35,265 bases of DNA from Candidatus Eiseniibacteriota bacterium (lineage in GTDB: Bacteria > Eisenbacteria > RBG-16-71-46): positions 1-35,265 of the forward strand of contig JBGAOA010000043.1 in assembly GCA_044222065.1 (NCBI GenBank), given 5' to 3'. A program made the translations under genes and the position numbers. Position 1 is the stretch's first letter, and every line of letters starts with the position of its first letter. Below, piece by piece: positions 1 through 8,886 of this stretch. A model generated the notes under the pieces. That model had not been told where the DNA came from, searched no databases, and was given only the letters and a program-made list of their open reading frames with translations.

Positions 1-128
1 CCTCGGTGCGCGTGCGCCGGTCGGTGCTCGACCTGCGTCCGACGTACTTCGCCATCTCGCCCGTGGACGGCGCCGAAATGTGCGACGCCGTCGACGCGGC
101 GATTCATCGGCGCCGCGCCGCCAGCTGA
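1..128 (+). CDS. 3' end of a hypothetical protein, truncated by the window edge
   Basis: Open frame from base 3 (SVRVRRSVLDLRPTYFAISPVDGAEMCDAVDAAIHRRRAAS) to TGA 126-128, with G/C-rich third positions; converges on the USP gene. Confidence 0.5.
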   Translation, partial: SVRVRRSVLDLRPTYFAISPVDGAEMCDAVDAAIHRRRAAS

Positions 129-192
129 CGCGGCGTCGAACGATACGAGGGCCGGACGCACGCGCGTCCGGCCCTCGAAGTTTTCGGCGCGA

Positions 193-636
193 CTAGCGCT
201 TCGGCAGTTTCACGACGAGCACGCTGCACGGCGCGTGCGCGACGACGTGACTCGCGACGCTGCCCATCACGAGCTTCGACAGACCGGTGCGCCCGTGCGA
301 GCCGAGCACGATCAGGTCCACGCCGAGATCGCGCGCCGTCGTGACGAGCGACTCGCGCGGGTCGCCCTCGGCGACCTTCGCCCGCGTCTTGAGCCCGGTC
401 TCCTTCAGCTGTCGCTCGTAGCGCGTGGCGATCTCCTGGTGCGCCCGCACCTCTTCCTCGAACAGTTCGCTCGTGTAGGTGGAGGCCGGGAACTCCGGAT
501 TGGCGTACGCCACCATCACGCCGCGCGCGACCGACATCACGATCACTTCCGTGTCGCTGGGCCAGCTCGTGCGCCGGACCCAGTCCAGGGCCGCCTGCGA
601 GTAGGCGGAATCGTCCACACCGATGAGGATCTTCAT
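193..636 (-). CDS. Universal stress protein (UspA family), 147 aa
   Basis: MKILIGVDDS start, DLIVLGSHGRTG...MGSVA and APCSVLVVK USP motifs; AGGAGG RBS just upstream of ATG 636. Confidence 0.95.
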   Translation of the reverse strand: MKILIGVDDSAYSQAALDWVRRTSWPSDTEVIVMSVARGVMVAYANPEFPASTYTSELFEEEVRAHQEIATRYERQLKETGLKTRAKVAEGDPRESLVTTARDLGVDLIVLGSHGRTGLSKLVMGSVASHVVAHAPCSVLVVKLPKR

Positions 637-679
637 GGCTGCCTCCTGGGCGCCCGGCGGCGCCCGCGGGGAACGATCC

Positions 680-694
680 GCATCGGGCGTGCCA
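680..694 (-). promoter_or_regulatory. Sigma-54 (-24/-12) promoter of the USP gene
   Basis: Minus strand reads TGGCACG-CCCG-ATGC with exact GG-N10-GC spacing, about 45 bp upstream of the start codon. Confidence 0.7.
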
Positions 695-875
695 CCCGGC
701 GTCGCGGCCGCGCCGCGCGCCGAATTCCGGGGAACTCCGCCGCGCACAGCGGCCCACTACGACGCTCCGCGCGCCGCCGCCGCGCTCTCGGGCCGCCCGG
801 CCGGGACAGGCTGGCAGTGCCGCGCGCCGACTGGCAGGATGCGCCGGCGCTCCCGCGCTCAAGGAGAAAGCCCCG

Positions 876-2021
876 ATGCCCGATCACGACGCCGTGACCC
901 CCGCGCTCGCACCCTGGCCCGTTCGGCGGTCCGGGCTCCGCCCGGCGCTCGCGATCGCGCTCCTCGCGGCGATGGCGCTCCTCCCCGTGCTCGGCGGGTG
1001 TTCGAAGAAGCCGACGAAGCCGGCTCCGACCGCGGGCCCTCCGCGCAGCTACCGCATGGGCTTCATGGCCAACGCCCCGCGGGCCGACTTCAACCTCCTG
1101 CTCCAGGCGATCAACCTGCTGATCCAGCACTCGGACGTCGCGATGATCAGCTTCGAGGCTCCGTGGGACTCGCTGCTCGCCGGCACCCGCGCGGACTCGA
1201 TCGTGCTGCGGCAGATCAAGCCGCTCGCGGACTACTACCGCGGAAACGGACTCCGCGTCTGGGTGTACGTGGATCCCGCGAACGGCCTGAACCGCGCCGC
1301 CGAGTCCGACCCGCTCGTCGCCGCGGGCCACCACATCACCGAGCCCGCGATCCAGCAGCTCTATCGGAACTGGTGCGTCGCGCTCGACACGCTCATCCAT
1401 CCGGACGTGATGGGGCTGGCGCTCGAGACGAACCTGATCCGCGCGGCCTCCTCGCCGACGCTCTACAACGCGATCAAGCAGGTGGTGAACGACGCCGCGG
1501 CGGACGTCCGCGCACACGACCCTGCGGCGACGTTGTCGGCGAGCGTGCAGGTCGAGACCGCGTGGGGGCTCCTGCCTAACGTCGGGAGCTATCAGGGTGT
1601 CGCGACCGACTTCACGGACTTCCCGTTCATCCAGGTGCTCGGGCTGTCGTCCTATCCCTACTTCGCCTGGGCCGAACCGGAGAGCCTGCCGCTCAACTAC
1701 TACTCGCGCCTCGTCCAGGGGCGCACCACGCCCGTCGGCATCACCGAGGGCGGGTGGACGTCCGAGAGCTTCAGCACCGTCGTCGGCACTGCCGACAAGC
1801 AGCGCCGCTTCATGGTCCGGCAGGCGCAGCTGCTCGACGATGCGCACGCGGCCGCCGTGTTCCAGCTCGTCTTCACCGACATCGAGGTGGCCTCGCTCCC
1901 CGCGCCGCAGGGGCAGGGCATCGCGCCGTTCTCGCGAACGGGCGTCGTGGACACGCTGCTCGCGGCGAAGCCCGCGCTCGCGGCGTGGGATCAGACGCGC
2001 CAACGGCCGTTCCAGCCGTAG
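876..2021 (+). CDS. Lipoprotein with putative clan GH-A glycoside-hydrolase-like TIM barrel
   Basis: AAGGAG RBS; hydrophobic signal with lipobox LGGC; GLALETN (candidate acid/base Glu), GLSSYPY and GITEGGW (candidate nucleophile Glu) motifs. Confidence 0.65.
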   Translation: MPDHDAVTPALAPWPVRRSGLRPALAIALLAAMALLPVLGGCSKKPTKPAPTAGPPRSYRMGFMANAPRADFNLLLQAINLLIQHSDVAMISFEAPWDSLLAGTRADSIVLRQIKPLADYYRGNGLRVWVYVDPANGLNRAAESDPLVAAGHHITEPAIQQLYRNWCVALDTLIHPDVMGLALETNLIRAASSPTLYNAIKQVVNDAAADVRAHDPAATLSASVQVETAWGLLPNVGSYQGVATDFTDFPFIQVLGLSSYPYFAWAEPESLPLNYYSRLVQGRTTPVGITEGGWTSESFSTVVGTADKQRRFMVRQAQLLDDAHAAAVFQLVFTDIEVASLPAPQGQGIAPFSRTGVVDTLLAAKPALAAWDQTRQRPFQP

Positions 2022-2107
2022 CGACGGAGCGGCGCGCGATCGGATAGGCTGCGGGCGTCGTCGCGCCATCGGCGCGCCGCGACCTTCCCGCGCAGCGGAG
2101 ACCCCCG

Positions 2108-2791
2108 ATGCCTCAACAGACCTCGCGCGACGTCCAGCGCCTGCTCGGCATGCTGTTCCAGGCGCACCCGTGGCACGGCCTCTCGGCCGGCGCGAGCGCG
2201 CCCGAAGTCGTCACGGTGTTCATCGAGCTCGTGCCGACCGACACCGTGAAGTGTGAGATCGACAAGTCGAGCGGTTTCCTGCGCCTCGACCGTCCGCAGC
2301 GCTACTCGTCGCTCTCGCCCGAGCCCTACGGCTTCATCCCGCGCACGCTGTGCGACGAACGCGTCGCCGCGCTCGCGGGACGCCCGGGCTCCCGCGGCGA
2401 CCAGGATCCGCTCGACATCTGCGTGCTGACCGAGCGCACGATCAACCACGGCGCGCTGCTCGTGCAGGCGCGGCCGATCGGCGGCCTGCGGATGTTCGAC
2501 GGCGACGAAGTGGACGACAAGATCATCGCCGTGCTCGAGAGCGATCCGACGTACGCCGACTGGAGCGACCTCACCGACTGTCCCGACGTGCTCGTGGACC
2601 GCATCCGCCACTACTTCCTCACCTACAAGGACATGCCCGGCGAGGGGGCGCGCCGCATCGAGGTCACCGACGTCTACGACGCCGCGGCCGCCCGCACGGT
2701 GATCGCCGCGGCGCAGGCCGACTACGCCGCCCGCTACGGCGATCCGGAGGCGTTGTTCGAGGACCTGCTCAAGCGCCGCGAGCCGCGTTGA
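2108..2791 (+). CDS. ppa: Inorganic pyrophosphatase, family I
   Basis: HPWHG, YGFIPRT, GDQDPLDI, DDKIIAV and YFLTYK motifs; GGAGA RBS. Confidence 0.93.
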   Translation: MPQQTSRDVQRLLGMLFQAHPWHGLSAGASAPEVVTVFIELVPTDTVKCEIDKSSGFLRLDRPQRYSSLSPEPYGFIPRTLCDERVAALAGRPGSRGDQDPLDICVLTERTINHGALLVQARPIGGLRMFDGDEVDDKIIAVLESDPTYADWSDLTDCPDVLVDRIRHYFLTYKDMPGEGARRIEVTDVYDAAAARTVIAAAQADYAARYGDPEALFEDLLKRREPR

Positions 2792-2800
2792 GCGACGGCG

Positions 2801-4204
2801 TCACTCGCCGCCGATCGTCATCTCCTCGATGAGCAGCGTCGGGCTCGACACCGCGCCGTCGCGGCGCGGGTCGTTCGCGATCGCGACGACGCGCTTCAGC
2901 ATCTCGAGCGAGGTGGACGCGACCGTGACGCCGTCCACCGGGTAGGCCTTCGCGCCGTTCTCGATCCAGAAGCCCGAGGCCTGGAACGAGTAGTCGCCCG
3001 TCACCGGGTTGAAGCCGTACGAGCCCGTGTCATCGAGGTAGAAGCCGCGGTCCACGCGCGCGAGCAGCGCGTCGGGCGATTCGTCGCCCGGGACGACGAA
3101 CAGGTTGTGGCAGCCGATGCCGGGAACGGAGCCGGCGGAGCGCACCGCGTTCCCGGTCGAGCGCGTGCCCGCGCGGCGCGCGAAGTACGAGTCGTACTCG
3201 AACATCGCGAGCGTCCCGCGGTCCACGAGCACGTTGCGGCGCGTCGGCACGCCTTCGCCGTCCCAGGCGGTCGAGCCGGGGCCGCGCGGCAGCCGGCCGT
3301 CGTCCACGATCGTGACGAGCGGCGCCGCGATCGGCTGGCCGAGGCGGCCCTCGAGCCACGACGTGCGCTTCACGACCGCTTCGCCCGTGAACGCGTCGTA
3401 CATCTCGCCGAGCCACGACGCCGCGACGTCCGGGTGCATGACGACCGGCACCTTCGCCGTCGAGACGCGGCGCGCGCCGACCTTCGCGACCGCGCGCGCG
3501 ACGGCGGCGCGCGCGATCGCCTCGGCGCTCTCGAGTTCGGCGAGGTGGCGGCGGCTCGAATAGTGGATGCCGATCTGCTGCTTGCCGTCGCGATCGTCGG
3601 CGAGCGGCACGACGTACGCGCTCGCCGACGTGCCGCGCGTCGAGCGCACGACGCCGTGCGAGTTCGCGATCGCGCTCGCGCCGTCGCGCGTGCTCACCTG
3701 CGAGCCGTCCGTGCGGAGGATGCGCGGATCGGCGGCGAGCGCGAGGCGTTCGAGTTCGAGCGCGAGCGCGATGCGCGCCTCGGCCGGCCACGCCGGCACC
3801 GCCGGATCCCACAGCTCGAGGTCGCCGGGATCGGGGCCCGAGGCTTCGTCGGCCGTCGGCAGCCGGTTCGCCTCGTCGGGGGTCGAGAAGCGCGCGAGCG
3901 TCACCGCGCGCTCGGCGAGGTCGTCGAGCGAGGCGGGCGAGAGGTCGGAGGACGACACGAAGCCCACGGCGCCGTCGACGATGACGCGCAGGCCCAGCAG
4001 CCGCGTCGCGCTCTGCTTGAGCGACTCGATCACGCCGCCGCTCGCGCGCACGGTGAACGCGCGGCTCGCCGCGACGACCGCCTCGGCCTCGCCGGCGCCG
4101 GCGCGTCGCGCGCGCTCGACGGCGTCGGCGGCGAGGGACTCGAGCGCGGCGGTCTCGCGCGCCGGATCGGGGGCGGCGCCGGCGGCGAAGCGGCGCGCGC
4201 TCAC
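2801..4204 (-). CDS. pmbA: PmbA/TldE family metalloprotease subunit
   Basis: GTG 4204 overlaps the TldD stop (GTGA); WDGEGVPT, STGNA, NPVTGDYS, GFWIENG and SPTLLIEEMTIGG motifs; no HExxxH. Confidence 0.9.
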   Translation of the reverse strand: MSARRFAAGAAPDPARETAALESLAADAVERARRAGAGEAEAVVAASRAFTVRASGGVIESLKQSATRLLGLRVIVDGAVGFVSSSDLSPASLDDLAERAVTLARFSTPDEANRLPTADEASGPDPGDLELWDPAVPAWPAEARIALALELERLALAADPRILRTDGSQVSTRDGASAIANSHGVVRSTRGTSASAYVVPLADDRDGKQQIGIHYSSRRHLAELESAEAIARAAVARAVAKVGARRVSTAKVPVVMHPDVAASWLGEMYDAFTGEAVVKRTSWLEGRLGQPIAAPLVTIVDDGRLPRGPGSTAWDGEGVPTRRNVLVDRGTLAMFEYDSYFARRAGTRSTGNAVRSAGSVPGIGCHNLFVVPGDESPDALLARVDRGFYLDDTGSYGFNPVTGDYSFQASGFWIENGAKAYPVDGVTVASTSLEMLKRVVAIANDPRRDGAVSSPTLLIEEMTIGGE

Positions 4205-5622
4205 GCCGTGCCTCCAACCGTGATCTCGCGGAACTTCACCGTCGGCTGGCCGACGCCGACGGGCTTCCACTGACCGTCCTTGCCGCACGAACCCATGCTG
4301 CCCTGCACCGCGAAGTCGTTCGCGACCGCATCGATCTTGAGCATCGCGTCGTTGCCGTTGCCGGCGAGCGTCGCGTTGCGCACGGGGTGCGTGAGCCGGC
4401 CGTTCTCGATCATCTGGCCCTCCGTGACCTCGAACGAGAAGTTGCCGTCGGCGGGGCTCACCGAGCCGCCGCCGAGCTTGCGGCAGTAGAGTCCGCGCTT
4501 CACCGATGCGATCAGCTCCTCGGGCGTGTGCGGGCCGGGCTCGATGTACGTGTTCGTCATCCGGCACAGCGGGAAGTCGCGGTACGAGGCGCGGCGGCCG
4601 TTCCCGGTCGGCGCGTGGTTCGTGAGCCGCGCGTTCAGCAGGTCCCACAGGTAGCCGACGAGCACGCCGTCCTCGACGAGCACGGTGCGCTGCGCCGGCG
4701 TGCCTTCGTCGTCCACGCGGAACGAACCGCGGCTCCCCGGCACGAGTCCCGAGTCCACGATCGTCACGCCCTTCGACGCGACGAGCTGCCCGAGCTGCGA
4801 GGCGCGAATGGAGGTGTTCTTGCGGATCGAGTCGCCTTCCATGCTGTGACCGAAGCACTCGTGCACCATCACGCCGCCCCAGCCCGGCGAGACGACGACC
4901 GGGTACGTGCCGCCCTCGGGTTCGCGCGCCGACAGCAGCCGCACGGCCGTCTCGGCCGCCTCGCGCGCGACGGCCTCGGGCGTGCGCACGCGCTCGTAGT
5001 ACGCGCCGTCCACGCAGCCGCCGCCCGACGTGTGCGCGCTCTGGCGCTGGCCGCCTTCGAGCGCGAGCGCCGCGACCGAGAGACGCGAGAGGAAGTTCGT
5101 GTCCTCCGCCCAGACGCCGTCCGAATTCGCCACGGCGAAGCGCTTCGAGGAGTCGGCGAACGAGACCGTGACCTCGTGCACGCGCCCGTCCACCGCGCGC
5201 GCCGCGTCGTTCGCGCGCCGGACGAGCGCGATCTTCGCGCGCTCGTCCAGGGCGAGCGGCGCGGGCGACTCGAGCGTGAACGGCGCCGGCGCGTCCACGA
5301 CGCGGAACGCCGTCGCCGCCGCGGCCGCGCCTCCGCCCTCGCGCGCGATGCGCGCCGCGACGCGCGCCGCCTCGCGCAGGTCGTCGGGCGCGAACCCGTC
5401 GGCGTAGGCGTAGCCCGTCTGCTCGCCCGCGATCGCTCGCACCCCGACGCCGCGGCTCACCGAGTACTGCGAGGTCTTGAGGCGGTTCTCTTCGAGCGTG
5501 AACGCGGTGTGGACCGTGGCCTCGGCGTAGACCTCGGCGAACGCGGCGCCGTGGGTGCGCGCGAGCGCGAGCAGTTCGGAGGCGAGTTCGCGGGGGAGCA
5601 GCGGGGCTTCGGGAGCGGGCAT
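4201..5622 (-). CDS. tldD: TldD family metalloprotease
   Basis: HECFGH metal motif, DDEGTP, TGNGRR, RMTNTYI and CGKDGQ...VGVGQPT; start placed at ATG 5622. Confidence 0.95.
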   Translation of the reverse strand: MPAPEAPLLPRELASELLALARTHGAAFAEVYAEATVHTAFTLEENRLKTSQYSVSRGVGVRAIAGEQTGYAYADGFAPDDLREAARVAARIAREGGGAAAAATAFRVVDAPAPFTLESPAPLALDERAKIALVRRANDAARAVDGRVHEVTVSFADSSKRFAVANSDGVWAEDTNFLSRLSVAALALEGGQRQSAHTSGGGCVDGAYYERVRTPEAVAREAAETAVRLLSAREPEGGTYPVVVSPGWGGVMVHECFGHSMEGDSIRKNTSIRASQLGQLVASKGVTIVDSGLVPGSRGSFRVDDEGTPAQRTVLVEDGVLVGYLWDLLNARLTNHAPTGNGRRASYRDFPLCRMTNTYIEPGPHTPEELIASVKRGLYCRKLGGGSVSPADGNFSFEVTEGQMIENGRLTHPVRNATLAGNGNDAMLKIDAVANDFAVQGSMGSCGKDGQWKPVGVGQPTVKFREITVGGTA

Positions 5623-5874
5623 GGGGCCATCCTGGCTCGGGGGTTCGACGGCGCGCGCGCGGCGCGGGCAAAGGCGCGCGGCAGTGTAGGGGCTCGACTC
5701 CGGGGCGTCACGGCGCGCTCGCGCGCGGCGCCTCGACCTCGTCTCGAGCCGCACCGTGCGCGGGCGTGTCGCGTCGCCGGATCACGGCGGACCGGCGCGC
5801 GATCGCGTTCGCCCGAGGCGCTCGCAGTCGCCGCGTCCGAACGCATTTTGGGCTCCGTTCCGGCTTCGCGCCGC

Positions 5875-5883
5875 TGCTACAAT
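5875..5883 (+). promoter_or_regulatory. Extended -10 promoter element (TGcTACAAT)
   Basis: TG-n-TACAAT in a locally AT-richer stretch about 80 bp upstream of ATG 5961. Confidence 0.55.
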
Positions 5884-5960
5884 TTCGCGGCCATCTTTCC
5901 CCTTGCCGTCCCCTCCGAGCGAAGGCCGAAGCGCCCGATCGCTCCCTGGAGATCGTTCGC

Positions 5961-8780
5961 ATGCGTCGCATCTCGCTCCTCCTCGCGGTCTTCGTGCTGG
6001 CCGGCGGCCTCGCAATCGCTCCGCGGCACCTGGCCTCCAAGTCCGCGACGAGCCCCGACTTCGTCCACTTCGAGAGCCCGCACGTCCACCCGGTGGCGAT
6101 GACGCCGGACCAGGCACGGCTGCTCGTCGTGAACACGCCGGACGGCTACCTCACGACGTACTCGCTCACGGCCGACACGGTGCCGACGCTCCAGCGCGAG
6201 ATCGCGGTCGGCCTCGAGCCCGTCTCGGTGCGAGCGCTGAACGACTCGATCGCGTGGGTCGTGAACTTCCTCTCGGACGACGTCAACGTCGTGAACCTGA
6301 ACCTCGGACACACGATCGCGACGCTGCGCGTCGGCGACGAGCCGGGCGACGTCGTGTTCGCGAACGGCAAGGCGTACGTGAGCGTCGGCGGGCAGGACGT
6401 CGTCAAGGTGTACGACCCGGCGACGCTCGCGCTGCTCTCGACGATCACGATTCCCGGCCGCACGCCGCGCGCGCTCGCGACGAATCCCGCCGGCACGCGC
6501 GTCTACGTCGCGAACTTCATGGCCGGCAACCGCACTTCGATCCTCGGACCGTCGAAGATCCCGAGCGGCGGCATGCCCGAGGACCCCGAGCTGCCGATGG
6601 ATCCCGGCCTGCCGGCCGCGCCCGCGCAGGGGCTGATCGTCCAGCAGCTCGGCTCGACCTGGTACGACATGTACGGGAACAACTGGAACTCGAAGGTCCC
6701 GTACTCGATGCCCGACAACGACATTTCCGAGATCAACACCGCGACCGACGCGATCGCGCGCAACTTCACCGGGCAGGGCACGACGATCTTCGCGATCGAC
6801 GTGTGTCCGGCGAACGGCCGCATCGTGGCCCCCGTCACCGAAGGCCGGAACCTCAACCGCTTCGAGTTGCGCGTGTCGGGCTACCAGGTCGAGACGAACC
6901 TCGCGACCGTCTCGTTCGCCTCGGGCACCGGCGTGCCGGTGAAGCTCGACGCGCACATCGACTACTTCACGCTGCCCGGCACGCAGGCCGAGGCCGACTC
7001 CGCGATCGGCATCCCGACGGGCATCGCCGCCGGCAGCGACACGCGGCGCGTGTACGTGTCGTCGTTCGCGACCAACAAGATCGCGGTGTGCGATCCGCTC
7101 GCGGGCGCGCTCTCGGCGGTGAAGGCGCGCGTCGCGTGCGTCGCGGGCCCGACCGGCGTGCTCGTGGACGAGGGCCGCAACCACCTGTACGTCGTCGGCC
7201 GCTTCCACAACCAGCTCCAGACGCTGAAGCTCGACACGTTCCAGCAGGCCGCGCTCACGAAGGTCGGCAACGACCCGACGCCCGACGAGATCGTGAACGG
7301 CCGGAAGTTCTTCTACGGCGGCTTCACCTCGACGCACGGCGACCAGTCGTGCGCGACGTGCCACCTGTTCGGCGACCTCGACGGGCTCGCGTGGGACCTC
7401 GGCGATCCCTACGGCTCGTTCGTGCCGCCGACGCCGCCGAACACGCAGGGCCTCGCCGGCTTCCATCCGATGAAGGGCCCGATGGTGACGCAGACGCTGC
7501 GCGGCCTGACGAACACCGAGCCGCTCCACTGGCGCGGCGATCGCGTCGACCTGAGCGCCTTCAACGCCGCCTTCATGTCGCTCATGGGCCGCAGCGCGCC
7601 GCTCGCCGACTCCGAGATGACGGCGTTCGGCGCGTTCGTGATGCCGCTCACGCACGCCCCGAATCCGAACCAGCACCTGAACCGCCAGTTCCCCGACGCG
7701 CCGCCCGGCCAGCCGAGCGCGCTGCGCGGCCGCGAGTTCTTCGTGGACAGCCTCTCGTTCGGCGGCACGCGCACGTGCGAGAGCTGCCACGCCGAGGCGA
7801 ACTTCGGTCCCGGCACGAACCGCCAGATGGTCCACCGCGACACGATCTTCGAGCCGCAGGACTTGAAGGTGCCGCAGCTCAGGAACCTCTACCGGAAGAC
7901 CGGATTCCGCGACGAGCCCGGCGCGCAGAACAAGCGCGGCTTCGGCTACACGCACGACGGCTCCTCCGACACGCCGTTCCGCTTCCTGCACCGCCCGCAG
8001 TTCGCCTTCGGTCCCGATTCGATCGCGGCCGACGAGAAGCGGCGCGACATGGAGGCGTACCTGCTCGCCTTCGACACGGGCATGTCGCCCGCGGTCGGCT
8101 TCCAGATGACGTTCGACGGCTCGAACAACCTGGACCCGACGATGCTCACGCGCATGGACACGCTCGAGTCGCAGGCGCAGCTCGACTACTGCGACGTCGT
8201 CGCGCGCGGCCGCGTCGGCGGCCAGCCGCGCAGCTGGTACTACAACGGCCCCGACTCGTGGAAGCCCGACAAGGCGGCCGAGGCGCCGCTCACGTCCGTG
8301 CAGCTGCGCGCGCTCGCGGGCCCGGGCAGCGAGCTGACGCTGCTCGGCGTGCCGAAGGGCAGCGGCCAGCGCATGGGCAACGATCGCGATCGCGATACGT
8401 ACCTGGACGGCGACGAGCGCGACCACGGCAGCGACCCCGGCGACTTCCTCTCGATCCCGTCGCTCGTGGACGTCGGCACGCCGCCGCGTCCGGGCGCGCC
8501 GTCGTTCGCGCTGCGCTCGATCGCGCCGAACCCGTTCCGCGCTTCGACCGAGATCGCGTTCACGCTCGGCCGCGCGGGAACGGTGGATGCGCGTATCTAC
8601 GATCTCTTCGGCCGCGAGGTGAAGCCGCTCGCCGCGGGCCGCGCGTTCCCGGTCGGGCCTTCGTCGCTGCGCTGGGACGGCCGCGATCGCGACGGCCGCA
8701 CGGTCCCCGCGGGCGTGTACTTCGTGCGCATGAAGACCGAGGCCGGAACCACGACCCGCTCGCTCGTGCGGCTCTGGTAG
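5961..8780 (+). CDS. Secreted YVTN-type beta-propeller + diheme cytochrome c peroxidase/MauG-like domain + C-terminal FlgD-Ig domain (paralog 1, 939 aa)
   Basis: GGAGA RBS, signal peptide, VGLEP/VGDEP propeller blades, CATCH (7350-7364) and CESCH (7776-7790), LHWRGDR, KVPQLRN and HDGS CcP-like motifs, DRDRDTYLDGDE acidic loop, APNPF...WDGRD...AGVYF tail. Confidence 0.85.
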   Translation: MRRISLLLAVFVLAGGLAIAPRHLASKSATSPDFVHFESPHVHPVAMTPDQARLLVVNTPDGYLTTYSLTADTVPTLQREIAVGLEPVSVRALNDSIAWVVNFLSDDVNVVNLNLGHTIATLRVGDEPGDVVFANGKAYVSVGGQDVVKVYDPATLALLSTITIPGRTPRALATNPAGTRVYVANFMAGNRTSILGPSKIPSGGMPEDPELPMDPGLPAAPAQGLIVQQLGSTWYDMYGNNWNSKVPYSMPDNDISEINTATDAIARNFTGQGTTIFAIDVCPANGRIVAPVTEGRNLNRFELRVSGYQVETNLATVSFASGTGVPVKLDAHIDYFTLPGTQAEADSAIGIPTGIAAGSDTRRVYVSSFATNKIAVCDPLAGALSAVKARVACVAGPTGVLVDEGRNHLYVVGRFHNQLQTLKLDTFQQAALTKVGNDPTPDEIVNGRKFFYGGFTSTHGDQSCATCHLFGDLDGLAWDLGDPYGSFVPPTPPNTQGLAGFHPMKGPMVTQTLRGLTNTEPLHWRGDRVDLSAFNAAFMSLMGRSAPLADSEMTAFGAFVMPLTHAPNPNQHLNRQFPDAPPGQPSALRGREFFVDSLSFGGTRTCESCHAEANFGPGTNRQMVHRDTIFEPQDLKVPQLRNLYRKTGFRDEPGAQNKRGFGYTHDGSSDTPFRFLHRPQFAFGPDSIAADEKRRDMEAYLLAFDTGMSPAVGFQMTFDGSNNLDPTMLTRMDTLESQAQLDYCDVVARGRVGGQPRSWYYNGPDSWKPDKAAEAPLTSVQLRALAGPGSELTLLGVPKGSGQRMGNDRDRDTYLDGDERDHGSDPGDFLSIPSLVDVGTPPRPGAPSFALRSIAPNPFRASTEIAFTLGRAGTVDARIYDLFGREVKPLAAGRAFPVGPSSLRWDGRDRDGRTVPAGVYFVRMKTEAGTTTRSLVRLW

Positions 8781-8801
8781 CGCTGCCGCGCGCCGCGCGG
8801 C

Positions 8802-8827
8802 CGCCGGCGGAGGCGCGTCCGCCGGCG
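8802..8827 (+). other. GC-rich intergenic hairpin between the paralogs
   Basis: CGCCGGCGGA-GGCGCG-TCCGCCGGCG perfect 10-bp stem, no U tract. Confidence 0.4.
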
Positions 8828-8886
8828 ATCGCGCGACGGGCGCGCGGAACGCTCGACGTGCCGCGGCCGCAGGAAGGCGTCCCCCG

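Noticed and set aside
2801..5622. TldD/PmbA as part of a RiPP or microcin cluster
   Set aside because: No precursor peptide or modifying enzymes are adjacent; the pair is a common housekeeping module.
2801..5671. 956-aa ORF as a single TldD-PmbA fusion
   Set aside because: Its first half is a shadow frame over tldD; the PmbA-like part starts at GTG 4204, overlapping the tldD stop.
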